A DNA stretch of 64,000 nt from an uncultured delta proteobacterium (GCA_963785725.1 CAWAWS010000016.1:64001-128000), one strand, 5' to 3'; positions 38,331-51,559 are shown, numbered from the stretch's first letter. The notes: generated from the letters alone by a model not told the origin. Translations and numbers: made by a program.

Positions 38331-39376
38331 GCGAGGTCGTGCTCGATTCGACGCGCGCGGTTCGTGCCGGCGAAGAATTGGATTTGCCGGCGCTGGCGAA
38401 ATATTTGGGCGCGCAGGACGTCAAGGTCACGCAATTCCCGAGCGGCCACTCGAACCTGACGTATCTCGTCGAGGCCGATGGTCAATCGCTGGTGCTGCGC
38501 CGCCCGCCGTTCGGCAGCAAAGTGAAGACGGCGCACGACATGGGCCGCGAATATCGCATTCTCTCGCGCGTTCACGACGTCTATCCGCTGGCGCCGAAAC
38601 CGATATCGTATTGCGAGGATTCGGCGATATTGGGCGCGCCGTTCTACGTCATGCAGCGCATCGTCGGCGTCATCCTGCGCAAGGATCCGCCGCCGTCGCT
38701 GTTGCCGCCCGACGTGGCGCGCGGTCTCGGCGTCTCCTTCATCGATAATCTGGCGACGCTGCATCAGCTCGATTATCGCGCCGCCGGCTTGGGTGATTTG
38801 GGCAAACCGGACGGATATAACGAACGACAAGTGCGCGGCTGGGCCGAGCGTTATCGAAACGCGCGCACCGACGATATCGCCGATATGGAGTTTGTCGAGC
38901 GTTGGCTGAGCGAGCGCATCCCGCCGGAATCGGGCGCGGCGCTCATTCACAACGACTACAAATACGACAACCTCATGCTCGATCCGAACGACCTGACGCG
39001 TCTGGTCGGACTGCTCGACTGGGAGATGTCCACTATCGGTGACCCGCTCATGGATTTGGGCACGGCGCTCGGCTATTGGGTCGAGGCGAGCGACCCGCCG
39101 CCGCTGCAGGCGGTGCGCTTTTGCGCGACGACCGTGCCCGGCAGCCTGACGCGACGCGAGCTCGTCGCGCGATATCGAGAGCGCACCGGCGCCGATATCG
39201 GCAATATCCTGTTTTACTATTGTTTCGCCTTATTCAAGACCGCCGGCGTCGCGCAGCAGATCTATTATCGCTATAAACAGGGGCTGACGAAGGACGAGCG
39301 CTTTGCGGCCATGATCTTCGGCGTGCAAGTGCTGGCGGGAACGGCGCGCGCGGCCATCGAGCGCGGTCATCTCTAA
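38327..39376 (+). CDS. APH-family phosphotransferase, ACAD10/11 kinase / LvaA-like
   Basis: QFPSGHSNLTY, VLRRPP, AHDMGREY, FYVM, HNDYKYDN, LDWEMSTIGDPLMDLG; ATGA overlap. Confidence 0.88.
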   Translation: MSEVVLDSTRAVRAGEELDLPALAKYLGAQDVKVTQFPSGHSNLTYLVEADGQSLVLRRPPFGSKVKTAHDMGREYRILSRVHDVYPLAPKPISYCEDSAILGAPFYVMQRIVGVILRKDPPPSLLPPDVARGLGVSFIDNLATLHQLDYRAAGLGDLGKPDGYNERQVRGWAERYRNARTDDIADMEFVERWLSERIPPESGAALIHNDYKYDNLMLDPNDLTRLVGLLDWEMSTIGDPLMDLGTALGYWVEASDPPPLQAVRFCATTVPGSLTRRELVARYRERTGADIGNILFYYCFALFKTAGVAQQIYYRYKQGLTKDERFAAMIFGVQVLAGTARAAIERGHL

Positions 39377-39396
39377 CGCTTACGGCGCCGCGACGC

Positions 39397-40119
39397 TCAC
39401 TTGGGGACCGGCATCAAGTTGATGCCGACGACGCCGCCCGAGCAGCCGCTCTTGCAGAAGTCACCGACCGGATCGCGGGTCGCGTACCACGTCGGCACGA
39501 CGACGGCGGTGACGACGACGGCGACCCCGACGGCGCCAACGGCCCACACCCACGACTTCTCGAACCACTTGGGCGGCGGCGGCGCGGCCGGCTTGTACGG
39601 GTTGGCGCCGACGGGCAAGTCCTCGAGCAGCACCTCGAGCGCGATCTCCTGGCCGGCGACGGCGGAGACGTTCTGGAAGAAGTCCTTGTAGCCGCCTTTG
39701 GAGACCTGGATGGCGCGCGCGCCGACTTCGAGCTCGGTCGTGAGCGGCGCTTCGCCGACGAACTTGCCGTCGATGTAGACGCGCGACGCGGGGACGCTGG
39801 CGCTGATCTTGAGCACGCCGGCGACGGCGACGAGCTCGACCGTGACCAAGGTCGGCTTCTTGCGGTCGATCTTGAAGACGTCGATATAGGGCGCGAAGCC
39901 CTCTTTGATGACCTTGATCGTGTGCTCGCCCGGCACGAACGGCAGCGGCGCCTTCAACGGCACCTCGCCCACTTTCTGCCCGTCGACGAAGATCGCGGCG
40001 CCGGTGGTCGCCGACTGCACATCGAGCGTGCCGCCGCGGGCGCCGGCGGCGGGCGTGCCGCGGTCGGCCGACGCCACCGCGCCGGCGAGCAGGACGACCG
40101 CAACAACGACGCTACGCAA
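39397..40119 (-). CDS. PEGA-domain protein with signal peptide and C-terminal TM helix
   Basis: Two GAxxxVDG...G-H/A-I-V-K-G-Y/F units; WFEKSWVW plus hydrophobic tail; TTG start inferred (alternative GTG 40137). Confidence 0.8.
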   Translation of the reverse strand: MRSVVVAVVLLAGAVASADRGTPAAGARGGTLDVQSATTGAAIFVDGQKVGEVPLKAPLPFVPGEHTIKVIKEGFAPYIDVFKIDRKKPTLVTVELVAVAGVLKISASVPASRVYIDGKFVGEAPLTTELEVGARAIQVSKGGYKDFFQNVSAVAGQEIALEVLLEDLPVGANPYKPAAPPPPKWFEKSWVWAVGAVGVAVVVTAVVVPTWYATRDPVGDFCKSGCSGGVVGINLMPVPK

Positions 40120-40156
40120 CGTGTTTGAGCTTACCACTTTTTCGATTTCAGCTCAC

Positions 40157-43100
40157 TTACGGCTTCACGCGCGTCAGCGCCTGCCGCAAGCGCGCGTGCT
40201 GGCCGTCGACTTCCAGGCCGCGCTCGAACATGCCGGCCGCCTTGGGCGCCTCGCCCAGCTGCTCGTGAATCTCGCCGAGGTGCAGGTAGACGTCGGCTTT
40301 GCTGACGCCCGACGCCGGATCGAGGTTCTGCAGCAGCATCTGCCGATAGACGCGGCGCGCCTTTTCCCACTCCTTCTCGCCGACGTGCAGGCGACCGAGC
40401 GCGATCATCGTCGGCGTATGCTGCGGATCGATCGAGAACGCCGTCTGGTAATGCTCGAGCGCCAGCTTGACGTCGCCTTTGCGCTCGGCGATGGCACCGA
40501 TGCGCTGATTCAGCCGCGCCAAGTCGCGCGTGCGCTTGCCCTTGCCCAGCCGCTCGGCCAGCTTGCGATAGAGCGGCAGCGCGTCGTCATCGCGTCCGGC
40601 GGCGAAGTAGAGATCGGCCAGCGGCTCGACCACCGTCGGCTCGTCGGGCGACACGCGCGCCAGCTGCTCCAGATACGGCAGCGCCTGGTTCGGCTGCTTC
40701 AGCTTGTCGCCGTAGACCTGCGCCAGCTCGACGTAGAGCGGCTTGCGATCCGCCTCCGCCGTCTGGTCGAGCCGGAGCGCCAAGAGCTCGGCCACGCGCG
40801 TCCAATCGCCGCGCGCGCGCGCCAGCTTCTCGAGCGCGCCGAGCGCGCCGGCGTGCGTGGCGTCGGCGTCGAGCGCGCGCAGGTAGCTGGCCTCGCCCGC
40901 TTCGTCGCCGCCGGCTTCCGCTTCGATCTTGCCCAGGCGGAAGTGCAACTCGGCGCGTTCGGCCGGTGAATCGGCCAGCTCGACGGCGCGCTCCAGCGTC
41001 GCCCGCGCCTTGTCGACGTCGCGCGCCGCTTCGTAGATGTGCGCCAACGACATGAGCGCGCGCACGTTCGACGGATCGCGCTCGAGAATGCGCTCCAAGA
41101 TCTCCGTCGACGCTTCGGCGTTGCCGAGCCGGCCTTCCCACACATCGGCGGCGCGCACCAGCAGCGCGATCTCGCCGTCCTTGTCGCCGACGGCCGCGCG
41201 ACGATTGGCCTGATCGGTCAGCACGTCGATGAGATCGTTGTAGCGCTCGGACTTCTCGAGCAGCGCCGCCAGCTGCGCGTTGGCCTCGGGCTCGTCCGAC
41301 TGCAAGGTCAGGATCTCGTGCAAGTAGCCGATGGCGTCGTCGGCCGAGTCGTGCTTTTCGACCGCCAGCGTCACCAGCTTCTTGTAGACGGGGATTTGCT
41401 TCGGCCCCGACACGGCTTGCAGCTGGCGCACGAGCACCTCTTGCACCGCCGTCCAGTCACCCCGCCGCCGCTCCAAATCCTCGAGCGCGTCGAGCGCGGC
41501 CGGCGCGTCGGGCGCATGGTCGAGGAGATCGCGATAGGCGTCGACGGCGCGATCGAGATCGCCGATCTTCTCGGCCCAAATCGCCGCGATGCGCGTCTTC
41601 AACGCCACCTGCGCGCCCGCGTTCTCTTCGACGCGCGCCTTTTGCGCCAAGAGCGCCACCAGCTCGGTGAAGTGGCCCTCCTTCTCGTGCAGCCGCGCCA
41701 AGGCGTCGAGCGCGCCCACGTCGGCGTCGTCGACGTCGAGCACCTTTTGCCAGCCAGCGATGGCGGCCGGCACGTCGCCGAGCGCCTTTTCGTGCAGCTC
41801 GGCGGCCTCGGCGTAGAGGCGCCGCTTGGCGGTCGCGTCGTAGTCCACCGCGGCGCGCCGTTCGAGCACGCGCGCCAGCTGCGCATGATCGGCGCGGACG
41901 CGATAGAGCCGCTCGAGCGCCTCCAAGGCCTCGGCATTCTCGCCGTCGACCTCGAGCACGAAGAGGTAACGCGCCTCCGCACGCGCGTCGTCGCCGAGCC
42001 GCTCCCACAGCCGCGCCGTGCGCAGGCCGAGGTCGCGCGCTTGATCGCCGGAGACGGCGCCGGGCGCGTCGAGCACGGCCTCGAACGTCTCGGCCGCGCG
42101 CTCGGGCTCGCCCGCCGCTTCGCCGAGCCGCTCCACTTCGTCGGCCAGGCGCGGCTCGTCGGGACGCAGCCGCAGCGCCCGCGCCATGGCGTCGAGCGCC
42201 TTGGCCGGGTCGTTCAAGTAGCGCTCGCAGCGCTCGGCGATGGTCTCGAGCAGCTGCGCCTGCTCCGGGTGACCGCTGGTGATCGCCGAGGCGCACCTCC
42301 GCCAGCTGCACCACCTTCGGCCAGTTCTCGTCCTGCTCGTAGAGCGGCTCCAAGACCTCGAGCGCGGCCTCCGCATGCGCGTGCGACGCCAGCAGCTTCT
42401 CGAGGCCGGCGCGCGTGGCCGCGTGGCTCGGCTCGCGCCCGAGCGCGTCGCGGTAGGCCAAGAGCGCGCCGTCGAGATCGACGAGCTCGCCGGCGCGCAG
42501 CGCGCCCAAGCGGTACAAGAACTCGGCCTGCTCGACCGGATCGTTGACGGCGCCGGCCTCCTTTTCGAGCACGTCGCCGAGATCGCGCCAACGCGCCGCC
42601 CGCGCCAGCAAACGATCGAGCGCTTGCAGCGGCGTGCGCTCGGAGCCGTCGGGACCCGGCAGATCGAGCGCTTTGTTGTAGGCGGAGATGGCGCGCTCTT
42701 CGTCGCCCAGCTTGTGCTCGTAGATCGCGCCCAGCTTGAGGGCCAACGTGCGCTGCACTTCGGGATCGAACGCCGCCGACATGCGCTCTTCGTAGACGCG
42801 CGCCAGCTCGCCCGGCGCTTGCGTCAGCTCGGCCAAGCGCTCGAGCTCGACTTGCGCCGCTTCGTCGCCGGCATCCTCGCCGAGCACGCGACCCCACGCC
42901 GAGAACGCCGCCTGCAAATCCTCGACGCCCGCTTCGTTCAGCTCGGCGATGCGCGACAACAGACGGCGCCGCTCTTGCGGCTCGCTCTCGGCCTGCAAGC
43001 GCAGCTCGGTCACGTCGATGAGCGCCGCGAAGTCGCTCTGCTGCTCGTAATAGGGCTCGAGCACGGCCGCCGCCGGATCGCGCGTGGCCTCGTCGCGCAC

Positions 43101-46100
43101 GAGCTTCTCGAGCGCCGCTTTGGCGCCCTCTTCGGGCGGACCGCCGGCGCCGGCGAAGAGCACGTTGCGATAGCGGCCGATCGCCGACTCGGCGTCGCCC
43201 ACTTCGCGTTCGAGCACCTGCGCCGCCTTCAGCTCCAGCTCCACCTTGCGCGGCGCATCGCCACGCGCGGCGGCTGCTTCGGCCAGCGCGTCGAGGGCCT
43301 CCAAGTGATCGGCCCACAAGCCCTCGGCGGCATACAGGCGCGCCACGGCTTCCAGCGCTTCGATATCGGCCGGATCGTTCGAGAGGATGCCCTTGTAGGC
43401 GTCGATGGCGGCGAGCGCGTCGTGCAGCTCGGTCTCCGACAGCTTCGCCAGCTGCAGCCGCAACGGACGCTGCGCCGCCGGCTCGTGCGTCTGCTCGATC
43501 TTCGTGGTCAAGATCGAGGTCAGATCGCGGAAGGAGCCTTTGACGAAGTAGAGCCGCTCGAGCGCGTCGAGCGCCGCACGATCGGTGTCGTCGAGCGTCA
43601 AGACGTGGCGCCAGGTGCCGATGGCCGAGTCGGTCTCGTTGAGCGGGCCTTCGTAGAGCTCGGCCGTGCGATAGGCGAGCTCCTTCTGCTCGCGCAGGTC
43701 GTTCGACAGGCCGGCGCGCTTCTCCAGCACTTGCACCAGCTCGCGGTTGCGGCCTTCGTCGGCGAGCAGGCGCTCGAGCGCGCGCCACGCCTGATCGTCG
43801 TCGTCGCGCACGCCGACGACCTTGCGCCAGCTGTCGATGGCGGCGCCGCGGTCGCGCAGCTGCGTCTCCTGAATGTCGGCGACGCGGGCGTAGACGCGCG
43901 CTTGCAAGTCGTAGTCGTAGGAATCGGCGACCGCCTGCTGCAGCACGTCGACGAGCTCGCGCCACATGCCGAGCATGTGGCTGAGGCGCTTGAGCTCGTG
44001 ATAGAGCGCCGTCTCGCGCTCGGCCGCGTCCGGCTCGCCCGCCTCTTCGCCCCACGCGCGCGCCAACGCGCCGAACGCCAGCCGCGGATCGCCGCCGCGC
44101 TTCTCGTGAATGCGCGCGATCTCTTGCAACAGCTCGATGCGGCGCGGCTTGTCGTCGATGAACTCGAGCTCGGCGTCGTAGATGACCACCAGCTTCTGCC
44201 AGGCGTCCTCTTGGCGATAGATCGGCTCGAGAATCTGCGCGATGCGGAACGTGTGATCGTGATCGACGATGAGCCGCTCGAGCGCGCGCACGGCGTCGGG
44301 GTGGCCGCTCACGTGGCCGAGCACCTCTTCGTAGACGTCGATCGCCGACGGCAGGTCGCTCAGCTCCTGCTCGTAGATGGTGCCGAGCCGCAGCTTGAGC
44401 GCGATGAAGGCCGCTTGGCCGACCTCGACGCGCTCGAGGCCGCGCAAGGTCAGCTCCACGAGATCGTGCCAGCGGCTGCCGGCGCGATAGAGCCGCTCGA
44501 GCGACGTGACCGCCTTGTCGTCGTCGCCGTCGAAGTCGAGGACGGCGCGCCAGCTGTCGACGGCGCCGTCGGCGTCGGCGAGCTCGCCCTCTTGCAGCGC
44601 CGCCTGCTTGTAGAGCAGCGCCTTCTTGCGCGTCATGTCGAGCGTGCCGTCGGCGGCGTCGCGATAGACCTGCAGGAGGTCGCCGAAGCGCTTGGAGCGA
44701 TTGAGCAGCAGCTCCAAGTTGCCGAACGCGACCTGATCATTGGCGTCGAGCTCGAGCAGCCGCTCGTAGGAGCGCTTGGCCTTGTCGACGTCTTCCAGGC
44801 GTGCGTGATAGATCGTCGCCAGGCCGCGCAGGACTTCGAGGCCGGTCGTCGACTCCGCGCCCTCGTCGGCGATATAGGCTTCGTAGACGTCGGCGAGCTT
44901 GAGCCAACCGTCGAGGATGCCCGCCAAGCGCGCCAGCTGATCGCGAATGGCGCGGTCCGCCGGATCTTCGCGGAAGACGCGCGCGTACCAGGTGAACGCG
45001 CCTTCCAGATCCTCGAGCTGCTCCTCGTAGAGCCGCGCGATGCGCTTGGTGAGCATGAGGCGCGTCTTCGGATCGTCGGCCGCTTCCAGGCGGATCTGAT
45101 AGATGCGCACGAGCGACGGCCAGTCGTGGCGCGCGGCGTAGGTCGGCTCGAGGACCTCGGCGGCGGCGACGCGCTGGCCGTCGTCGTCGAGGTATTTTTC
45201 GAGCGCGCGAATGGCGCCGGCGTGCGTCGGGTCGCCGCCGAGCGCGGCGCGATAGTTGTCGACGGCGCGATCGGCGTCCGACAGATCCTCGTCGTACAGC
45301 TGTGCCAAGCGGAAGCGCAGCGCCACCGCCTCGTCGACGTCGTCGCAGAAGCCGAGCCGCCGTTCGTACAGCTCGGCCAGCTCGGAGTGACGATGGGCGG
45401 CGACATAGCGCGCTTCCAACGCGGTGCCGGCCTCGGCATCGGTCGGGAACATCTCGAGCACCTGCTCGTACGCGCGAATGGCCTCCAGCGGCCGATCGAG
45501 CGGGCTCTCGGGACCGGCGCACAGCTGCGCCAGCTGCATCAAATAATGACGGCGGCGATCGTCGTCACCGAGGGCCAGCTCGGCGCGGCGGACGTAGACC
45601 TCGTACAGCGGATCCCACTCGCGCCCTTCGACGTAGATGCTCTCGAGCGCATCGAGCGCCTTCGGGTGATCCGGCGACATGTCGATGACGCGGCGGTAAT
45701 ACTCGCGCGCGGTCTCGCGATCGCCGAGCTTGTGCGACTCGGCGGCGACGGCGAGATAGACGCGCTCCTGCGTCGCCGCGTCGAGGATGTCGGGACCGAG
45801 CTCGCGATAGAGCGCGACCAGCTTCGGCCGCGCCGCCGCCGACGCCAGCCGCTCGATGCCGTCGAGCAGCGCCGGCAGCTCCGGCTCGCCGACGCCGATG
45901 CGCGCCGCGCGCGCGAAGGCGTCGAACGCCGCTTCCGAGTCGCCGGCGCGCTCTTTCAAGGTCGCGATCTGCATGAGCCGCGTGATGCGCTCGCGCGGAT
46001 CGGGCGCGTGCTGCGCCCACAGCTCGGCCAGCTGGATCTGCTTGTCGAGCTCGGACGCGACCTGATAATGCGGCTCCAAGACTTCGGCCGCGCGCAGCCG

Positions 46101-49100
46101 CAGATCGGGATCTTCGAGGTACTTCTCGACTCCGACGCGCGCCGCCGAGTTGCGCGGCTCGACGTCGAGCACCTCGCGATAGCGCTCGAGCGCCTGGTCG
46201 CGGCGGCCGAAGCCGTCGTCGATGCCGGCGATCTGCAAGCGCAGCCGCGTCGTCTGCGCCGCTTCGCCGTGCTTGAGCGCCAGCGCCAACCGCTGCTCCA
46301 AAATCTCGAGCAAGTCGGCGGGCCGATTCTGCGCTTCGTAGAGCCGCGCCAAGGCATCGAGCGCCGGCAGATCTTCGGGCTGCTCGTCGAGGATGGCGTG
46401 ATAGCCGGCGATGGCTTCGCCGCCGTCGCCGAGCTCGCGCTCGTTGAGCTGCGCGATGCGCCACATCAGAATCGCGGCGCGCGCTGGGCGACGCCGAGGT
46501 CGTCAGCTCGAGCCGGCGCCGCAAGATGTCGACCAGCTCCAGCCACTGGCCTTGCGCCTGATGCAGCTTCTCGAGCGCGTCGAGCGCGCGCACTTCGGCC
46601 GCGTCGTCGTCGAGGATTTCGCGATAGGTGCCGATCGCCGCCGCCGGATCGACGAGCAGCTCCTCCTCGATGAGCCCGATGCGGAAGAGCAGGTTCTTCT
46701 TCTCCGCCGGCGCCGTCGCCCACTCGGCCTGGCGATGCAGGACGTCGATGAGCGCGCGCCAATCCTCGGCCGTCTCGTACAGCCGCGCCAACGCCGCCGC
46801 CGCCGGCCGCGCCGTGTGCAGGTTCGTCGGATCGAGGTCGAGCAGCCGCCGCCACGTCGAGCGCGCCCGATCGACGTCCTTGAGATCGTCTTCGTACAGC
46901 TCGGCCGCTTTCTCCAGCAGCTCGCCGCGCAGCTTGAGATCGTCGGGATCGGACGCCAGGAACGCCTCTTCCCACGCCGCCGCCAACTCCGCCTGCCGGC
47001 CGAGCAGGAGCGCCAGTCGCTCGACGTTGTCGCGCGTGCGCTTGTCGGCCGGGTCGAGCCGCAGCGCCTCGCGCCACGTCGTCAGCGCCAGCTGCCGCGC
47101 GCCCAGCTTCTCCTCCTGCAGCTCGGCCAGCTGCGCCAAGAGCGCCGCCGCGTCGCGCCCTTCGGCGGCTTCGCGCTGCGCGCCGAGCACCAGCGCCAGC
47201 TTCGGCCACGCTTCGTCGGTGCGATAGAGCGGCTCGAGCGCCTTGGCGATGCGCTGGCGCAGCTCGGGCCGCTTCATGAGCGCCTCGAGCCCTTTGCGCG
47301 CGCCTTCGTGACGCGGCTCCATGCCGAGCGCGTCCTCGAACAGATCGGCGGCGCCCATCGCGTCGTCGAGCCGGTTGGCGTGCAATTCGGCGCGGCGGAA
47401 CGTCAGATGCGCGCGCGACTCGGGCAGGCCCGGCTCTTCCGACGCGAACGGAATGCGCCGCTGCAAGAGATCGTCGAGCGCCCGCCAATTCTCGGCCGTC
47501 GTGTACAGCCGCTCGAGCGCGCGGAACGCTCGCTGCGACGACGGATCCAACTCCAACACTTCGACGTAATCGCGCGTCGCCGCCGGCTGATCGTCGAGCA
47601 CGCCTTCGTCGAGATCGCTGATCTGATAGAGCAGCGACAGGCGCCCTTCACTGTCGAGCGCGCGCTGCTTCTTGCCTTCGAGCAGCCCGCGCAGATCCTG
47701 CCAGCGCTCGTTGATGCTGTAGAGCTGCACGAGCGCGATCTGCGCGTCTTCGTTGGTCGCGTCGCGCTCGAGCACGCGCTTGTAGGCCGCTTCGGCGTCG
47801 GCGGGCATGCCGAGGCGCGCGTCGAACAGCTGACCGAGATCCCACGCCAGATCCCTGGCCAGCCCGATTTCGCCGCGCTTGGCCGCCGCGTCCTCCATGG
47901 CGCCGAGCTGCACCGCCCAGTCGTCGGGCTTGTCGAGCTGGTCGGCGAGCTGCGCCATCATGCGGCGATTGTCGGCGTCGCCGGGCGCGCGCGTGAACAC
48001 CTGGCCGCCGTAGCCGTAGGCGCGCGTCGCGTCGCCGAGCTCGGTCGCCGCCAGATCCATCAAGCGCCGCAAGAGCACGAGCTCGGCGGCCGGATCCTTT
48101 TCGTCCGCGCGCACGATCTCCAGCGCGTCGACGAGCTTGGGCGCCGCCTCGGCTTCACCGACGGCCAGTCGCGCCTCGTACACCGGCGAGAGCAAGCGCG
48201 CCACGCTCACGCGATCGGCGACCGAGGTCGCGCGATCGGGCGCCGCACCGGCCGCGAGCCAACGCTCGAGCGCGCTCACCGTCGGCTTGTGCGCGCCCGG
48301 CGTCGTCGTCACGTGGAAAGCCGCGCGGAAATGCTCGAGCGCCTGATGCGGATCGTTGAGGTTGGTCTCGTAGATCTCGCCCAGCCGATGCGACAGCTCG
48401 AGGCGCGTGTCGTGATCGTCGTGCGCCGCCAACGCCAGCTGCTTCGCCAGCGTCTCGGCCATGCCGCTCGCGTCGCCGCGGCCGGCGTAGAGCTTCTCGA
48501 GCGCGCGCAGCGCCCGCATCTGCGTCGCCGCCGTCTGATCGCTGCCCAAGATGCGCTGATACGTGCCGATCGCCGCCGCCGGATCGCCGAGCTGCTCCTC
48601 TTCGATCCACGCGACCTTGAACAGCATCTCGAGACGCCGCTGCGGATCGGTGGCGCGCGCTTCGCGCTTCTTGTAGATCGCCAGCAGCTCCTTGTAATTG
48701 CCGGCCTGCGTGAAGATCTGCTCGAGGTTGCCGAGCGCCTCGGCGTCTTCGGGCGCGCGCTGCAGCACCTCTTCGAAGTATTTGCGCGCCTCGTCGGGCT
48801 TGTAGAGCCGCGTGAGCGCGATGCGCGCCAGCTGGCGGAAGCGCTCGGTCTTGCGCGCCTCGTCCGTCTCTTTGGCGACCTCCGACTGATAGATCTCGGC
48901 CAGCTCTTCCCAGGCTTCGGCTTCGGCGGCGAGCCGCTCGAGATCGCGCTGCAGCCCGGCGTCGCTCGGCAGCAGTTGATAGGCCTTGGCCGCCCAGGCG
49001 AACGCCAGCGACTTCGAGCCCAGCTTCTGCTCGCATAGGTCGACGATCTGACGGTGCAGCGCCAGCCGCTCGCTCAACGCCTCGTCGGGACGGCGCTGAT

Positions 49101-51555
49101 TGAGCAGGATTTCGTAGGTCGTCAAGAGGCGCGCCCACTTCTCGGACGCGCGATAGATCGGCAACAGCGCCTGCGCGGCCGGCTGCGCCTCCGGTCCGTC
49201 GCCGGCGATGGCGAGGATGCGCTCGTACGCCTTGGCCGCGCGATCGGGCGACTTCAGCTGCTGCTGCGCGATCTCGGCGACGCGCGTGTACAGCCGCATG
49301 CGCTCGGCCGCATCCTGCGCGCGCTCGGCCACCGACGTGAGGATCTCGCACAGCTCCTCGAACTGGCCTTGGCCGGCGTAGAGCGACTCCAGCTCGCCGA
49401 AGCGACCCGCCGCCGCGTACAGCTCGCGCAGCGTGCGCATCGCCTTCGTGTGCGACGGCATGAGCTGCAAGATGTCCTGATAGGCCAGGACCGCTTTGTC
49501 GGGATTCTGCAGCTTCTCCGAGAACAGCGAGCCGACCTTCTCGAGCAGCGTCACTTGCTGCTTCAGCTCGAGGCCGGGCGCGCGCGCTTGCCGCCGCAAG
49601 GTCTCGATGAGCGCCGCCCAGCGACGGTCGCGCTCGTACAGCCCGGCCAAGAGCGACAGCGCCTCGGCGTCGTCCGGCGACGTCTCGAGCACGCGGTTCC
49701 AAATGGCGATGGCCTCGCGCGCGTCGCCGAGCCGATCGGCGGCCAGCTTGGCCATCTCGCCCAGCTTCGCGCCGCTGCTCGTGCGGCGTCTTCAGCCGCT
49801 CGCAGCTCCTTGCGCTCCAAGTCGAGCAGCGCGCGCCACGAGCGACGCTTGCCGTAGATGTCGCGCAGCTTGCCGACGGTGTCGACGTCGCGCCGGATCG
49901 ATGCGCGTACAGCTCTTCGAGCGGCTTGACCGCTTGGTTGTGGTTGGAGAACTTCTCGATCCACAGCCCGGCGATACGCCGCAGAAGACGCGTCTTTTCC
50001 GCCGCGTCGGGCGAGACGTCGACGGTGCGCTGCAGGACGCCGATGAGATCGTTCCAGCGACCGAGCGCCTCGTACTTGCCCGCCAACGCCGCCAGCGCGT
50101 CGCGATGGTCCGGCTTCAGCGTCAAGATATGGTTGAAGGTGTTGATGACCATGACGTCGAGGTTGAGCTTGTCGCGGTAGATCGCGACCACCTCCATGAG
50201 GCGCCCGACGCGTCCGTCGACGTCATCCTTCGGCAGCGCCTCGACGCCCTCTTTCAACAGCTCGAGCAGCGCGTTCCACTTCTCGGTCTTCTGATAGAGC
50301 CGCTTGAGCGCGTTGACGGCGTCCGGCTGCGCCGGATCGACCTTGAGCACGCCCTTCCATAGATCGATGGCCTTTTCGGCGGCGCCCGCCGAGCGCTCGG
50401 CCAGCATCGCCATCTCGACGCCCAGCTCCGCGCGCCGCTTGGCGTCGGCGTCGACCTTCTGCGCCTGGCCGAGCACCGCCAGCAGCTTCTGCCCGTCGCT
50501 CGGCATAGAGCGCGCGATAGAAGTCGAGCATCGCCGGATGCGCCGGCTCGGCCTTGCGTACGCGCTTCCAATATTCGTCGGCCGACTCGAGGTTGCCGAG
50601 CTTCTTCCACCACAGCATGCCGATCTGCAGGTACATCGCCGTCTCGGGCTCGCCGCGCGGCCGCGCCCGCAGCGCGTTCTCGTAGACGCGAATCAGCGCC
50701 TGCCAATTCTCCTCGGTCGTGTACCACTCGACGAGCGCCGACAGCGCCCGCTGATTGGCCGGGTCGAGCCCGAGCGCCTTCTTGTACGACTCGGCCGCTT
50801 CGGTGCGCTTGCCGAGCTTCTTGGTCTGCAGCTCGGCGAGCGCGAGATAGGCCAGCACGCGCTCTTCCTTGGTCGTGCCCGCTTCGATGCGCTGCTCGTA
50901 GACGTTGTTCAGCTCCTCCCAGCGCTGCTCGCCGCGATAGAGCCGCTCCAACCGATACGACGCCTTCAGATTGCGCGGCTCGACCTCCAGCGCCTTCTTC
51001 AAGTACAGCTCGACGTTGTCGTCCGGCTGATACTTGGCGTAGATCTCGGCCACCGACAGATACAGCGACGTCGTCAGCTGCCGATCGGTCGAGTCCCTTG
51101 GCCTCTTCCAGATACTTTTTGACGATCTTCTGCCAGTTGTCGCGCACGAGCGCGATGTGGCCGAGCGTGTCTTGCGTGCCTTCGTCGTCGGGGCGCAGCT
51201 CGAGCACGCGCTCGAAGGCACGCACCGCTTCTTCCTCGCGCAGCAGCTCGTCGGCGAGCAGCTTGCCCTTCTCGTAATAGAGATCGGCGCGGCGCGCCTT
51301 GTCACTCTCGACGCCCAGCTCGAGATCGATCAGCCGCACCAGCAGCTCGAAGTCGCCGCGCTCGCGATGGATGCGGCGCGACTCGGCGAGCGCGCGACGC
51401 ACGGCGGTGTCGCCGCCGTTGGCAGTCGGCTCGGCGGCGCCGCGGCCGTGGCCGTTGCCCCCACCTTCGGTCAGCTGCGCCAGCGACGCGAGCGCATCGG
51501 CATTGTCCGGATCGGCTTCGAGGGTAGCGAGGGCACGGACGATCTCGGGGTTCAT
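40157..51555 (-). CDS. Giant TPR-repeat protein (~3,796 aa after removing eight single-base insertions), AgmK-like
   Basis: Continuous ALxALERLY / WxxL / AxxxYxxxL repeats across the ORF fragments; insertions near 51100, 50505, 49900 (x2), 49805, 49770, 46470 and 42285; repaired length is a multiple of 3. Confidence 0.85.
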
Positions 51556-51559
51556 GGGG

